A stretch of DNA of 64,000 bases, taken from positions 1 to 64,000 of the IMG/VR virus record IMGVR_UViG_3300010398_001198; one strand, given 5' to 3'. Shown one piece after another: positions 46,005 through 54,789 of this stretch. The notes under the pieces are model-generated. The model was not told the origin of the DNA. It did not search any database and saw nothing but the letters and a program-made list of their open reading frames with translations. Position numbers and translations under genes: made by a program. Positions within the stretch are counted from its first letter, which is position 1. Each line of letters begins with the position of its first letter. The DNA comes from a virus.

Positions 46005-46898
46005 ATGCGCCAGCTTCTGAAGCTCCTCCTCTTCCTCTGTGCTCTGCTCCTCGTGGCGGTCTGTGTGCTGGCACAGCAGAACCCCCAGGTCGTCCTGAGT
46101 GATCCGCTCCTGCGCGGGGCGGTGTCCTGGTGGCGTCCGCTCCTCGGCTTCACGGGGGGGGATCGCCTCTTTGACCTCTTGCCGGCCCAAAACCACCTCA
46201 CCCTCACCAACATGAGCCTGGGAAGCACGTCCGGCTGGAGTCCCACGACGCGGCCCGGGGGCGTGGCGCAGATCAACTGCGACGGGACGGATGACTATCT
46301 CAGCATCCCCAACAACAGCTCGTTCAATCTGAGCGCGGGGTCCCTGGTCGTGTGGGCCATGCGGACCAGCACGGCGGCGGAGATGATCATTGTCTCCATG
46401 AGTGATGGGGGCCTGTGCTGTAACAATTTGCTCGCGCTCGAGTGGAAAAACAATACTAGTGACACCCTACGGATCTTGATCACCAGCGGCGGGGTCGATC
46501 AACTCGTGGTCTCGACCACCTCGACCACGATTGCGCCGGCCAACGTCTGGCATCACCTCGCCTTCACCGTGGACAGCAGCGGCAATGCCCTCTATGTCGA
46601 TGGCGTGCAGGCCGCGATGACGTATGGGACGGGCACCGCAAGCACCACGGCGTTTTTCTCGACCATCTATAGTGCGGCCACCACGTTTGATGTCTGCCGC
46701 ATGAATACCACGGATGCCCCCGCCTATCTGACCGGCGCGATTGCCCAGCTCACGCTCTACAACCGGGCACTCACGGCGGGGGAGGTGATGGCCCACTATC
46801 AGCGCTCCCAGGGCCTGCCGCCCATGGGGCTGCGGGCGGATGAGCTCGTGGCCAGTACCACGTTTCCCACTGGGACCTTGTTGCCTTTTTTCCCCTAA
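46005..46898 (+). CDS. Signal-peptide LamG-like lectin (paralog of 11619..12494)
   Basis: MRQLLKLLLFLCALLLVAVCVLA-Q; WHHLAFTVD...LYVDG...LYNRALTAGEV. Confidence 0.85.
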   Translation: MRQLLKLLLFLCALLLVAVCVLAQQNPQVVLSDPLLRGAVSWWRPLLGFTGGDRLFDLLPAQNHLTLTNMSLGSTSGWSPTTRPGGVAQINCDGTDDYLSIPNNSSFNLSAGSLVVWAMRTSTAAEMIIVSMSDGGLCCNNLLALEWKNNTSDTLRILITSGGVDQLVVSTTSTTIAPANVWHHLAFTVDSSGNALYVDGVQAAMTYGTGTASTTAFFSTIYSAATTFDVCRMNTTDAPAYLTGAIAQLTLYNRALTAGEVMAHYQRSQGLPPMGLRADELVASTTFPTGTLLPFFP

Positions 46899-46909
46899 GG
46901 AGATCGCTC

Positions 46910-48406
46910 ATGCGACGACTACCTCTCCTCCTCACTCCCCTGCTCCTCTGGTGTGCCCTCGCCTCGGCGCAGGGGCCACAATCGGTCCCCGGCGTCAACT
47001 CACTCCCTAACGATACTAGTACAGGTACTATTATCAACCGCTTGGCCAAAATCGTTCCGGGTGGCGCTGGGGGCCAGGGCAAGCTCATTCTACCTGCGCC
47101 CACGGATACGCAGATCAAGCTCTATGTGGTCATCGCGGGGGCGGGCACCACCGGGAATGCCCTCTATGTCGAAATCGGCGATGCGGCCTGCGAGATGGAT
47201 AACGCCGTGACGAGCAAGGCCGGCACCTATATCGTCCACGGCACCACGCCAGATGGCGCGGGCAAATACGGTCGCTGCCATCAGGTGGACACCAACCCCT
47301 CCCCTGGGATGGTCATGGGGTCACTGCTCACGGACAATACCGTAGTCGGCGGTCTCGCCCGTATCAGCGCCCAGAACCAGGCGTTTATTCCCGGCTCTGG
47401 GACTGGCACAGGTTCAGTGACGAGCGTCGATGTGACGATGGCGCCGGAGTTCACCAAGACCGGTGGCCCGATCACGGCGGCAGGCACCATCGCCTTCACC
47501 AAAGCGACCCAAACCGCGAACCTGGTCTATGCGGGTCCGGCCTCTGGCGGGGCCACTGCGCCCACCTTTCGTGCCCTGGTGGTGGCCGACCTCCCGGCAG
47601 GCACCGCCTCTGGCAGTTGCGGCGGGGATCTGGGCAGCACGTTTCCGAACTGTACCGTCCTCAAGGCGAGTAGCACGTTTGCCCTGGCGGGGGAGAATGC
47701 CCCGACCGCCCTGGTAGCCGATGTCAATGATTATGTCCTCCCCAGCACCTTTGCAGCCCTCCTCAACGGTGGTGCTGCTGACCGCAACATTACCGGCTTT
47801 GCGGCCCCAGCCCAGGGTGGCGATACCAAGGCGATCTGCAATGTCGGCACGACCAATGCCTTAGTCTTGAAGAACCAGAGTACCGGCTCGGCGGCGGCCA
47901 ATCGCATCCTGGCCACGGATGACGTGACCCTGCCGCCCGATCTGTGCACGCTGCTCCGATACACGACCACCGCGCCCGCTCGCTGGCGACCCCTGGTGAA
48001 CAAACTGCCGGATTATCTCTCTGCGCGCCCGTTCTCCATGCAAATTGGTGATCCGGACCCGACCAGCCCCACGTTGATCGCGGGCAACGATAGTCCTGGA
48101 GGCTGGACGAATCTCTACCGGCGCCAGGTCCAGATTCTGGCCATCGCGTGTATGGGCGATGCGGGGGCCACGACGATTAACCCGATCCTGCGCGGCGGTA
48201 CGGCCACAAGTCTCCTGACGACGCCGTGTACGTGCGGTAACGCGGTTTTTGCCGGGTGCTCCCTGAACGGCCTGCCCCTCGTCAACCCGGCCACTGCCGC
48301 AGGGGCTACGTGTACTACTACACCTTGTAGTATCGACCTGAACATTAACACGGTCGATAACGTCACGCGCCAGGTGACGATTAATGTGGACGCCATTATT
48401 AAATAA
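46910..48406 (+). CDS. Signal-peptide tail-fibre-like protein
   Basis: MRRLPLLLTPLLLWCALASA-Q; GSVTSVDV, PTFRALVVADLP, GGDLGSTFPN motifs. Confidence 0.75.
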   Translation: MRRLPLLLTPLLLWCALASAQGPQSVPGVNSLPNDTSTGTIINRLAKIVPGGAGGQGKLILPAPTDTQIKLYVVIAGAGTTGNALYVEIGDAACEMDNAVTSKAGTYIVHGTTPDGAGKYGRCHQVDTNPSPGMVMGSLLTDNTVVGGLARISAQNQAFIPGSGTGTGSVTSVDVTMAPEFTKTGGPITAAGTIAFTKATQTANLVYAGPASGGATAPTFRALVVADLPAGTASGSCGGDLGSTFPNCTVLKASSTFALAGENAPTALVADVNDYVLPSTFAALLNGGAADRNITGFAAPAQGGDTKAICNVGTTNALVLKNQSTGSAAANRILATDDVTLPPDLCTLLRYTTTAPARWRPLVNKLPDYLSARPFSMQIGDPDPTSPTLIAGNDSPGGWTNLYRRQVQILAIACMGDAGATTINPILRGGTATSLLTTPCTCGNAVFAGCSLNGLPLVNPATAAGATCTTTPCSIDLNINTVDNVTRQVTINVDAIIK

Positions 48407-48428
48407 GGGAACAAAAAAGAGGTGCATT

Positions 48429-50429
48429 ATGTGGTCTCTCCTCCTCCTGCTCGCGCTCCTGCTCCTGCCATTTCCTAGTACTGCTAAGACTATATGGGTG
48501 GCCACGTCGGGCGGCAACGATGGGAATTCCTGTACGGCGGCCCAGACCAACACCACGCCCAAAGCCACCATCACGGCGGGCATCGGCTGCCTCGTGGGCG
48601 GCGACACGCTCATTGTGAAAAGCGGCACGTATGCCGAGGCGATCAAAGACACGATCCCGGCAGGCAGTGCGGGGGCGCCCACGACTGTCAAAAGCGAGGT
48701 GCAATACGGCGCCGTGATCAAGCCCAGTTGCTCGGGCTCTGGCCCGCCCTCGGGGTGTGACGTGGTGCTCTATGGCCAGTGTACCATCGTGGCCATTGAA
48801 AAGAGCCACATTGTGTTTGATGGCTTTACCGTAGACGCGGCCAATGCCAATACCGACTGCCGCATCATGATCGACATGGGGGGCTACCATCCCTCGACCG
48901 ACATCGTGGTCCAGAACAACGATGTCGTAGGCCATTGCCCGGATAAAAACTCTGGCTCCAACTGCCTCGGCATGAGTACACACACCGACACGAGTAACGT
49001 CACCGTACGGGGCAATAAAGTCCATGACATTGGGTGGGGCGCACTGCAAAACTGTAACAGCGGTCCCCCCCCCTGTAACAATTTCAACGCCTACTGCACC
49101 TACCTCACCTTTCATGACTCGATCATCGAAAACAACGAGTTCTACAATTGCAGCGGCTATGCCGTTCAGATGTGGTCGTCGGGCTCGCCCACCGATCCCA
49201 CGGGGCCAGACCGCAGTATCATCCGGGGCAATTATGCCCATGATGTCGGCCTCTCCTGTTTCCTCGTGGCGTCGGGGGATGGCCAGCAGGTCTACAACAA
49301 CATCGCGGTCAACTGTGGCAAGTTTTTTGACAGCAGCACCGGCAATACGGTGACCATTCACAGTAGTGCCCGGGGCCTCAACCTCGGCAATTCTGGGCTC
49401 AGCACGACCAACCTCAAGGCGCACTACAATACCGTGGTCGGGAGCACGGGCTATTGTGTCTCCTCCGGGATTGATGCCGGGGGCATTGTCCGCGACACGA
49501 TCTGCTACCAGAACGGGACGAACGGCATCAACACGGTGAGTGGCGTGGCGCCCGTCGCGGATCATAACCTGTTTGGCACCAATCCGCTGTTTACCAACCT
49601 CGGGGATACCCCCTATCAGTTGAGCACCGGCAGTCCCGCCCTCGATACCGGCATCTGTGTGAGCGGGATTGCGAGCGACAAACTCGGTGCGGTCCGCCCC
49701 CAACCCACCGGCGGATCGTGTGATATTGGCGCCTACGAAGGCACCGGAGGGACCGCCCCCACCCCCCCTAGTCTGCTCGCCTGGTGGAAGCTCAATGACG
49801 GCACCGGCACCAGCGCGAGCGATAGCACCGGCAACGGGCACACCGCCACCTGGACGACCGGCCTCACCTGGCAGCCAGGGAAGGTCGGCAGCAAAAGTCT
49901 GGGCTGTGATGGCGTGAATGCCACGACGGTCACCGGCGGGCTCCCGACCACCGCGCCGTACAGCTATGTGTTCTGGATTCAAGGCACGACCACGCCGCCG
50001 ACCTCGGGCAATAATCAGATTGTCGTCCACAATGGCGACACCTCGGATTCCTTTGGCTTTGCCTGGGGCTCGCCGACGACCGGTTTTGACCAGGCAGCGT
50101 ACACGCAAGACGCCAGTGGGAATTACATCGCCGTGCGCCTCACCACGCCCTTACAGGCAGGCCAGTGGTATCACGTCGGCGTGACGTTCGACAACACCAC
50201 CCTGCGCATCTACCTGAATGGCGTCCAGCAAAGCACCGCCGCCGTGACGACCATGAAGGGCGCGACCGGGGACTTCCACTTCTGCGGCACCCCGGCGGGC
50301 ACCAGCACGTATTTCGCCGGCCAGCTCGACGAGGTGAAGGTCTGGAACTACGCCCTCACGGCGGCGCAGGTGCTCCAGGAGTACCGCAGCACCGTGGCGA
50401 GTGTGCGGCACCGCAGTGTGCACCCCTGA
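48429..50429 (+). CDS. Signal-peptide right-handed beta-helix (pectin-lyase-like) + LamG protein
   Basis: WVATSGGND...PKATI..G; Asn/Cys ladders; LSTGSPALDTG...CDIGAYE; LAWWKLNDGTG...WYHVGVTFD...LDEVKVWNYAL. Confidence 0.85.
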   Translation: MWSLLLLLALLLLPFPSTAKTIWVATSGGNDGNSCTAAQTNTTPKATITAGIGCLVGGDTLIVKSGTYAEAIKDTIPAGSAGAPTTVKSEVQYGAVIKPSCSGSGPPSGCDVVLYGQCTIVAIEKSHIVFDGFTVDAANANTDCRIMIDMGGYHPSTDIVVQNNDVVGHCPDKNSGSNCLGMSTHTDTSNVTVRGNKVHDIGWGALQNCNSGPPPCNNFNAYCTYLTFHDSIIENNEFYNCSGYAVQMWSSGSPTDPTGPDRSIIRGNYAHDVGLSCFLVASGDGQQVYNNIAVNCGKFFDSSTGNTVTIHSSARGLNLGNSGLSTTNLKAHYNTVVGSTGYCVSSGIDAGGIVRDTICYQNGTNGINTVSGVAPVADHNLFGTNPLFTNLGDTPYQLSTGSPALDTGICVSGIASDKLGAVRPQPTGGSCDIGAYEGTGGTAPTPPSLLAWWKLNDGTGTSASDSTGNGHTATWTTGLTWQPGKVGSKSLGCDGVNATTVTGGLPTTAPYSYVFWIQGTTTPPTSGNNQIVVHNGDTSDSFGFAWGSPTTGFDQAAYTQDASGNYIAVRLTTPLQAGQWYHVGVTFDNTTLRIYLNGVQQSTAAVTTMKGATGDFHFCGTPAGTSTYFAGQLDEVKVWNYALTAAQVLQEYRSTVASVRHRSVHP

Positions 50430-50581
50430 TGTGGGACACTTTTCGCCATATGGCCGTTTTTGCCTTCTCCTGGCGTCATAGAGACACGCAAGGCTTTGGG
50501 AGGGAGTAGGAGACCCTCTCCCCCCGTTCGTGGCACCACGGCGATATGCTCCACGTCATTTGCCCATTTCTGCATCCCCCC

Positions 50582-51676
50582 TCAACTGCCATTCGTGACA
50601 CCTCCGCCCTCCTGTGCTTCTTCCCGCTGCCACAAATCCGGCTGGTTGCGGATCTCCCCGGTCGTGGGATCGACATCCGTAACGGGGCCAGGCTGCCCGC
50701 CGCCCTGGCGCTCGCCATAGAGCTCCTCTTGGGCCTGCTGTGCCGAGCGCGCGAGCACGGCCTTGAGGTCCGCCGCGACGGTCGTGCTACTCCAGTCCAG
50801 GCCCGCCCGGGTGGCAATCTCGACCACCTGCCCCGCCTGGATGAGGCGGTCCAGTGGGAGGGCAGGGACGTCATTGACCCGTAGCGGTTCCCCAAAGACC
50901 GCCAGCAGCGCCCGTGCCTGCGTCGTCGCCCGCATGCCACGGAGCCACTGTTGCAGAGGGGCGAGCACCACCTGACGCTCCTCGTCGGGCCGCTCCTCGG
51001 TCTCGCCCGGATCGCCCACCTCGGCAAAGATTTCGGAGACCCCGGGCAGCGCTTTCACCGCCGAGGACTTGGCGCGTTTGAAGGCGATCTGCAGCACCGT
51101 CGATTCGACATCCGCGAGGTCGTCATTGTCGAGGCGGTAGCGCGTATACGCCTGGCGTCCTTGGGGCGTAAAGGTGCGGGATTTGAGCGTGCTCTTGTCC
51201 ACGCCCGCCGGCACCTGATTGGCGTTCACCCAGCGATAGGCGTACTTGCTTTCGCGGGTCGAGCAGGAGCCAAAGCCGACCACCCGCCGCCCGCCAAAAT
51301 AGCGCAGGGGCAGCATGATGCGGACCTGGTAATGGCCGTCCTCACGGCATTCCTCGAGGTGCGGGGCGTCAAAGTCGGCTTCATAGACCGCCAGCAGATT
51401 ATGGATTCCATCCTGATTCAGGGCGGGCTTCTGGCCTTTGGCGAGCATGGCCGTGATCTCGGTCTTGCTCTGGATACGGTGATACCCGCCACTCTCGAAG
51501 CTGTACATATGCCGGCTGGGGTCCATCTGTTCCTCCACATACTGGACGAGGAGCCGGCGAAATTCCCCCATCCAGGTCATGCGTTGCTGAATGTCGGCAA
51601 TACTGGGCAGGCGGGGCGAGACGGTCAGATCGAGCGTGCCTTCGGTGGGCACGGGCACAAGCGTATTCGTCGCCAT
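50582..51676 (-). CDS. Putative single-strand annealing/recombination protein
   Basis: KPALNQDG..., GFGSCSTRESKYAYRW, DLADVESTVLQIAFKRAKSSAV resembles a widespread phage family. Confidence 0.55.
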   Translation of the reverse strand: MATNTLVPVPTEGTLDLTVSPRLPSIADIQQRMTWMGEFRRLLVQYVEEQMDPSRHMYSFESGGYHRIQSKTEITAMLAKGQKPALNQDGIHNLLAVYEADFDAPHLEECREDGHYQVRIMLPLRYFGGRRVVGFGSCSTRESKYAYRWVNANQVPAGVDKSTLKSRTFTPQGRQAYTRYRLDNDDLADVESTVLQIAFKRAKSSAVKALPGVSEIFAEVGDPGETEERPDEERQVVLAPLQQWLRGMRATTQARALLAVFGEPLRVNDVPALPLDRLIQAGQVVEIATRAGLDWSSTTVAADLKAVLARSAQQAQEELYGERQGGGQPGPVTDVDPTTGEIRNQPDLWQREEAQEGGGVTNGS

Positions 51677-51694
51677 GGGCTCTCCTTCGGAGAG

Positions 51695-51801
51695 AGGGTT
51701 AAGGGTGAAGATTTAAGGGTTACGGGTCCGAGACTGCTATGCATGTGCACCATCTTCGGCACTTTCCCCCACTTAAAACTTCACCCTTACAACGTAAAAC
51801 T
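51695..51801. repeat. Heptamer inverted-array element, copy 5 (degenerate)
   Basis: gggttaagggtgaagatttaagggttacgg-core GCACCATC-cttaaaacttcacccttacaacgtaaaact. Confidence 0.8.
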
Positions 51802-51808
51802 GCCTGTG

Positions 51809-52075
51809 TTACACTGTTGCTTCTTCCAGCACATCTCGTTCCTGCGACAGCGCTGCCGGGAGGGTGGTAGCTCCGGCAGCGTCTGTCCGTGGTGCGTCAA
51901 GGCACATATGCTTCGTCCCCAGCACGGGACTGCGTGGGGGCCGCTGCGTCTGGTAGTGCCATTTCCCTGACACCGGGTGCTTGCGCCAGACCCGCAGCAG
52001 CACCAGCATGCCACAGTGCGGACAGGGGCCAAACGTGGGCTGGGGGGACGTGTAGCCGGCGAGAAAGGTGGGCAT
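51809..52075 (-). CDS. Small zinc-binding hypothetical protein
   Basis: CPHCG...HMC. Confidence 0.5.
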   Translation of the reverse strand: MPTFLAGYTSPQPTFGPCPHCGMLVLLRVWRKHPVSGKWHYQTQRPPRSPVLGTKHMCLDAPRTDAAGATTLPAALSQERDVLEEATV

Positions 52076-52077
52076 GG

Positions 52078-52605
52078 TTAGTCTTCTGCCTCCAGAACCA
52101 ATGATAACTGGCACGGCTGCTGGGCATAGCGCTGCCAGGCACGCTGCACCGCCCCAGAGCCAGGGAACAGATCAACGAACTCATCCCCCGCCTGCATATT
52201 CAGCACGGCAAAGAGCCAGGAACAAAAGGCGAACGGTTTCACGCCAGCCAATCCCCGCTGGAGCGTAATATTTGCCGCAACCCAATCACGCACGGTGGGC
52301 TGGTGGCGTGTACGCGGACGGCCGCCCCAGACGAGGACAGGTTCCCACGTATAGGCTGGGTTCACGTGCGGCTTGAATATGGCAAAGGGTTTGACCCAGG
52401 ACATCACGCGCACCTCAGGAGGACACAGCGGTAGCAATATGCGCAGCGAGGGCGAGGAACAGGAGAGTGCCCAGCCGTCAAATGCCCCTTGGGTCAACTC
52501 GGCTAGGAGCACGCCATGATCGACTTCCGCACAGCGCGGATCAGCCTGGTAATGCCGCCGGGCTTGCCCTAGATACGGGGGATCGGCATAGGCAAAGCGC
52601 ATCAC
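52078..52605 (-). CDS. Putative amino-DNA methyltransferase
   Basis: FAYADPPY catalytic motif and VDLFPGSG SAM-binding motif. Confidence 0.75.
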   Translation of the reverse strand: MMRFAYADPPYLGQARRHYQADPRCAEVDHGVLLAELTQGAFDGWALSCSSPSLRILLPLCPPEVRVMSWVKPFAIFKPHVNPAYTWEPVLVWGGRPRTRHQPTVRDWVAANITLQRGLAGVKPFAFCSWLFAVLNMQAGDEFVDLFPGSGAVQRAWQRYAQQPCQLSLVLEAED

Positions 52606-52785
52606 TCAGCATTCCTCCCGCGGGCGCTGCGCGTCCCACTGCTCTAACGTCTCCCGCCACAGCCGGACCTCAGCCGCATAGAGGCCGATCAGCCGCGACA
52701 CCCGGCGGGTTTCCCAAGCGAGCCAGCAGACGGCGCCCGCAATGATGATCAGTCCGAGCAGGGTGAGCATGGCTAGCATCCCTCC
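52606..52785 (-). CDS. Small single-TM protein
   Basis: LTLLGLIIIAGAVCWLAW. Confidence 0.5.
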   Translation of the reverse strand, partial: GGMLAMLTLLGLIIIAGAVCWLAWETRRVSRLIGLYAAEVRLWRETLEQWDAQRPREEC

Positions 52786-53315
52786 TCCACGGCGCACGTC
52801 CAGCGCAGATGCCATCCTCCGGTGGCGCGTGGGATGGTGGCGGTGATCAGGGGGCAGATGGTTGTTTCCCAAGTGTCCCGGTGCAACCAGCTTGCAGCAT
52901 TCACGTCATAGAGGAGGGCCTTGCCCATCGGGGAGGTGGCGACACCGACCCAGTGGGTGTAGCGATAGGCGGCGCCGATAGGGACACGCGGCTCCAGCCA
53001 CGGGCCTTCCCATTGTACGAAGGCGAGGCCATAGCGCGGCCACTGTGTCCCGGTTTTGGTCGCGGGCCGTCGCGCCAGGCTGAGGGCCGTCCACATCGTC
53101 GAGGGATTCACCCAGGGGCGCTGGGGAAAGTCGGGAAAGAGCCGGCGCACGCGGGCCACGGGGACGCCGAGGACCGCCGCCAGGGCACACGGGCCACAAC
53201 TGGCCTTCCAGGCGAGATGCGCTTCTTCCACATCCGGGGGACAGTACAAGACGGTGCTCTCCGGAAAGACGCCAGGGGTCCAGGGATCATGCGGAAACAA
53301 CAGCAATTGCTGCAT
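52773..53315 (-). CDS. Hypothetical protein, possible papain-like (C39-type) fold
   Basis: SCGPCALA...HWVGV...LYDVN. Confidence 0.4.
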   Translation of the reverse strand: MQQLLLFPHDPWTPGVFPESTVLYCPPDVEEAHLAWKASCGPCALAAVLGVPVARVRRLFPDFPQRPWVNPSTMWTALSLARRPATKTGTQWPRYGLAFVQWEGPWLEPRVPIGAAYRYTHWVGVATSPMGKALLYDVNAASWLHRDTWETTICPLITATIPRATGGWHLRWTCAVEEGC

Positions 53316-53515
53316 CTAGTCGTCCTTCTCTCGCCGCAACCGATCAATCACCTCGCCCAGCACGTCATGCTCCCACGATAGCGCCGGGGCCTTGAGCCAC
53401 AGGGTCTCTTCCAGGTGCTCTGCCAGCTCGGCATCGGTCAGCGTCTCCAGCCAGGCGGCGGTCGCATAGGAGGCCGTGAGGCGCATCGTGAAGTCTTCCA
53501 GGCTGTACTGCACGA

Positions 53516-53764
53516 TCATGGGGCGTCCTCCTCCCGCACAGCCACGGCAAGAGGGACGAGGCGGAGTCCATAGAGGTCCCCCCCACGGACGATCCGGAGA
53601 CGCCGGCCCTGATCCTGCATCAGCTTCACGGCTTTCCGACTTTGGGGACATTGGCGACTCAGCGATGACCGGGCGTAGATGGTCCATATCTCACCATCAG
53701 GCGTCTGCACCTGCATGCCTATGTCGAGCTCATACAGGGCTTTGATCTTGCGATAGGTTGCCAT
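53516..53764 (-). CDS. Small hypothetical protein
   Basis: GGAGG RBS; coupled series. Confidence 0.55.
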   Translation of the reverse strand: MATYRKIKALYELDIGMQVQTPDGEIWTIYARSSLSRQCPQSRKAVKLMQDQGRRLRIVRGGDLYGLRLVPLAVAVREEDAP

Positions 53765-53983
53765 CTAGGCCTCCTCCCCCATGCGGTCCACCCACACCTG
53801 CCGATAGCTTTTCAGCTCGCGCCAGCTCGTCTGCCCCCACGGCTGGGCCTCCCAGGCGATCCCGGACCGATGCCGGCGCATGCGCTGCAGCCGCCCCGTC
53901 ACCCACTGGCCCTGGTCGTGATAGATACCGAGCACGGGGGTGCCGGCCCGGATCAGGCGGTTGAAATCACGGACATCGCTCAT
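53765..53983 (-). CDS. Small hypothetical protein
   Basis: GGAGG RBS; coupled series. Confidence 0.55.
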   Translation of the reverse strand: MSDVRDFNRLIRAGTPVLGIYHDQGQWVTGRLQRMRRHRSGIAWEAQPWGQTSWRELKSYRQVWVDRMGEEA

Positions 53984-54223
53984 CTAGGCTACCTCCTGGC
54001 GGTACTCTCTGACATAATCCATCAAGTGTGCCGGCAGCGGCACATGGTAAAACGTCTCCCGCAGCGCGGCCTGCTCGGTGGCGTACTCCCACTCGGCCAG
54101 GGTGATGCGGTCCTGGAGCAGCCGCCAGTAGCGCCCCTCCTGCTGCGGGGGGAGGGTGTCGCGCAGCAGGGTGGCGAGCTCGGTGAGGGCCGCGGTAAAG
54201 CGCGGGTGGTCGGTGTCGGTCAT
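53984..54223 (-). CDS. Putative helicase loader/inhibitor-like protein (paralog B)
   Basis: PRF...L.EL......YW.L....L.EWEYA...A..RETF..VPLPA.L. Confidence 0.55.
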   Translation of the reverse strand: MTDTDHPRFTAALTELATLLRDTLPPQQEGRYWRLLQDRITLAEWEYATEQAALRETFYHVPLPAHLMDYVREYRQEVA

Positions 54224-54789
54224 GCGCCCTCCTCCTTCCCGCCAATGAGCTTGCGCAGCGGGGTCAGTCCCCGTGGGCGGCGTCCCTCTGGGGCAAAGTC
54301 TTCCGTCAGGGGCAACCAGCGCCGTGGATCAGGCGGATTGATGTGGCCCAAGGCCACCTGCACATCCCGTGGCTGTTTCCTGATCCACTCCCGGTACTCC
54401 TCCTGCTTCTGGCGGTCCTCCTCCTCTTGCTGCGCCTGGGCCTCTTGCCACTCCGGGGAGGCCCGCAGCGCCTTGAGGGCCGCGTCTGCCTCCGCCTGCC
54501 GGGTCTGCTCCTGCGCCCGTTCAACGAGACGGGCTTCCCGCTCCTGGCGCTGGCGCAGTTCCTGGACAAAGTGCATGAGGACGGCGGGCAATGGGACCTT
54601 GTGAAAGGTCTCACGCCACATCGCTTGCGCCGCCGCGTATTCCCACTCGGGCAGACTCACCTCGTTGCGAAAGAGCGCCCAGTAGAGCCGCTGGCGCTCC
54701 TTCTCCAACTGGTCGCTGAAAAAGACGGCCAGCTCATTGAGGACCTCGAAGAAGCGGGGGGCGTCGTCCTGCGTCATCGGGTTGTTCAT
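54220..54789 (-). CDS. Putative helicase loader/inhibitor-like protein (paralog A) with coiled-coil tail
   Basis: Same motif as 53984..54223; directly after initiator gene. Confidence 0.55.
   Translation of the reverse strand: MNNPMTQDDAPRFFEVLNELAVFFSDQLEKERQRLYWALFRNEVSLPEWEYAAAQAMWRETFHKVPLPAVLMHFVQELRQRQEREARLVERAQEQTRQAEADAALKALRASPEWQEAQAQQEEEDRQKQEEYREWIRKQPRDVQVALGHINPPDPRRWLPLTEDFAPEGRRPRGLTPLRKLIGGKEEGA

Noticed and set aside
41941-50108. Long minus-strand ORFs 41941..44151 and 48399..50108
   Set aside because: Shadows of + genes with clear domain motifs.
38744-50429. Diversity-generating retroelement acting on fibre genes
   Set aside because: No reverse transcriptase or TR/VR pair differing at adenines seen.
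50430-50581. Possible att site at the convergence of late and early arms
   Set aside because: No integrase, tRNA end or direct repeat visible in the window.
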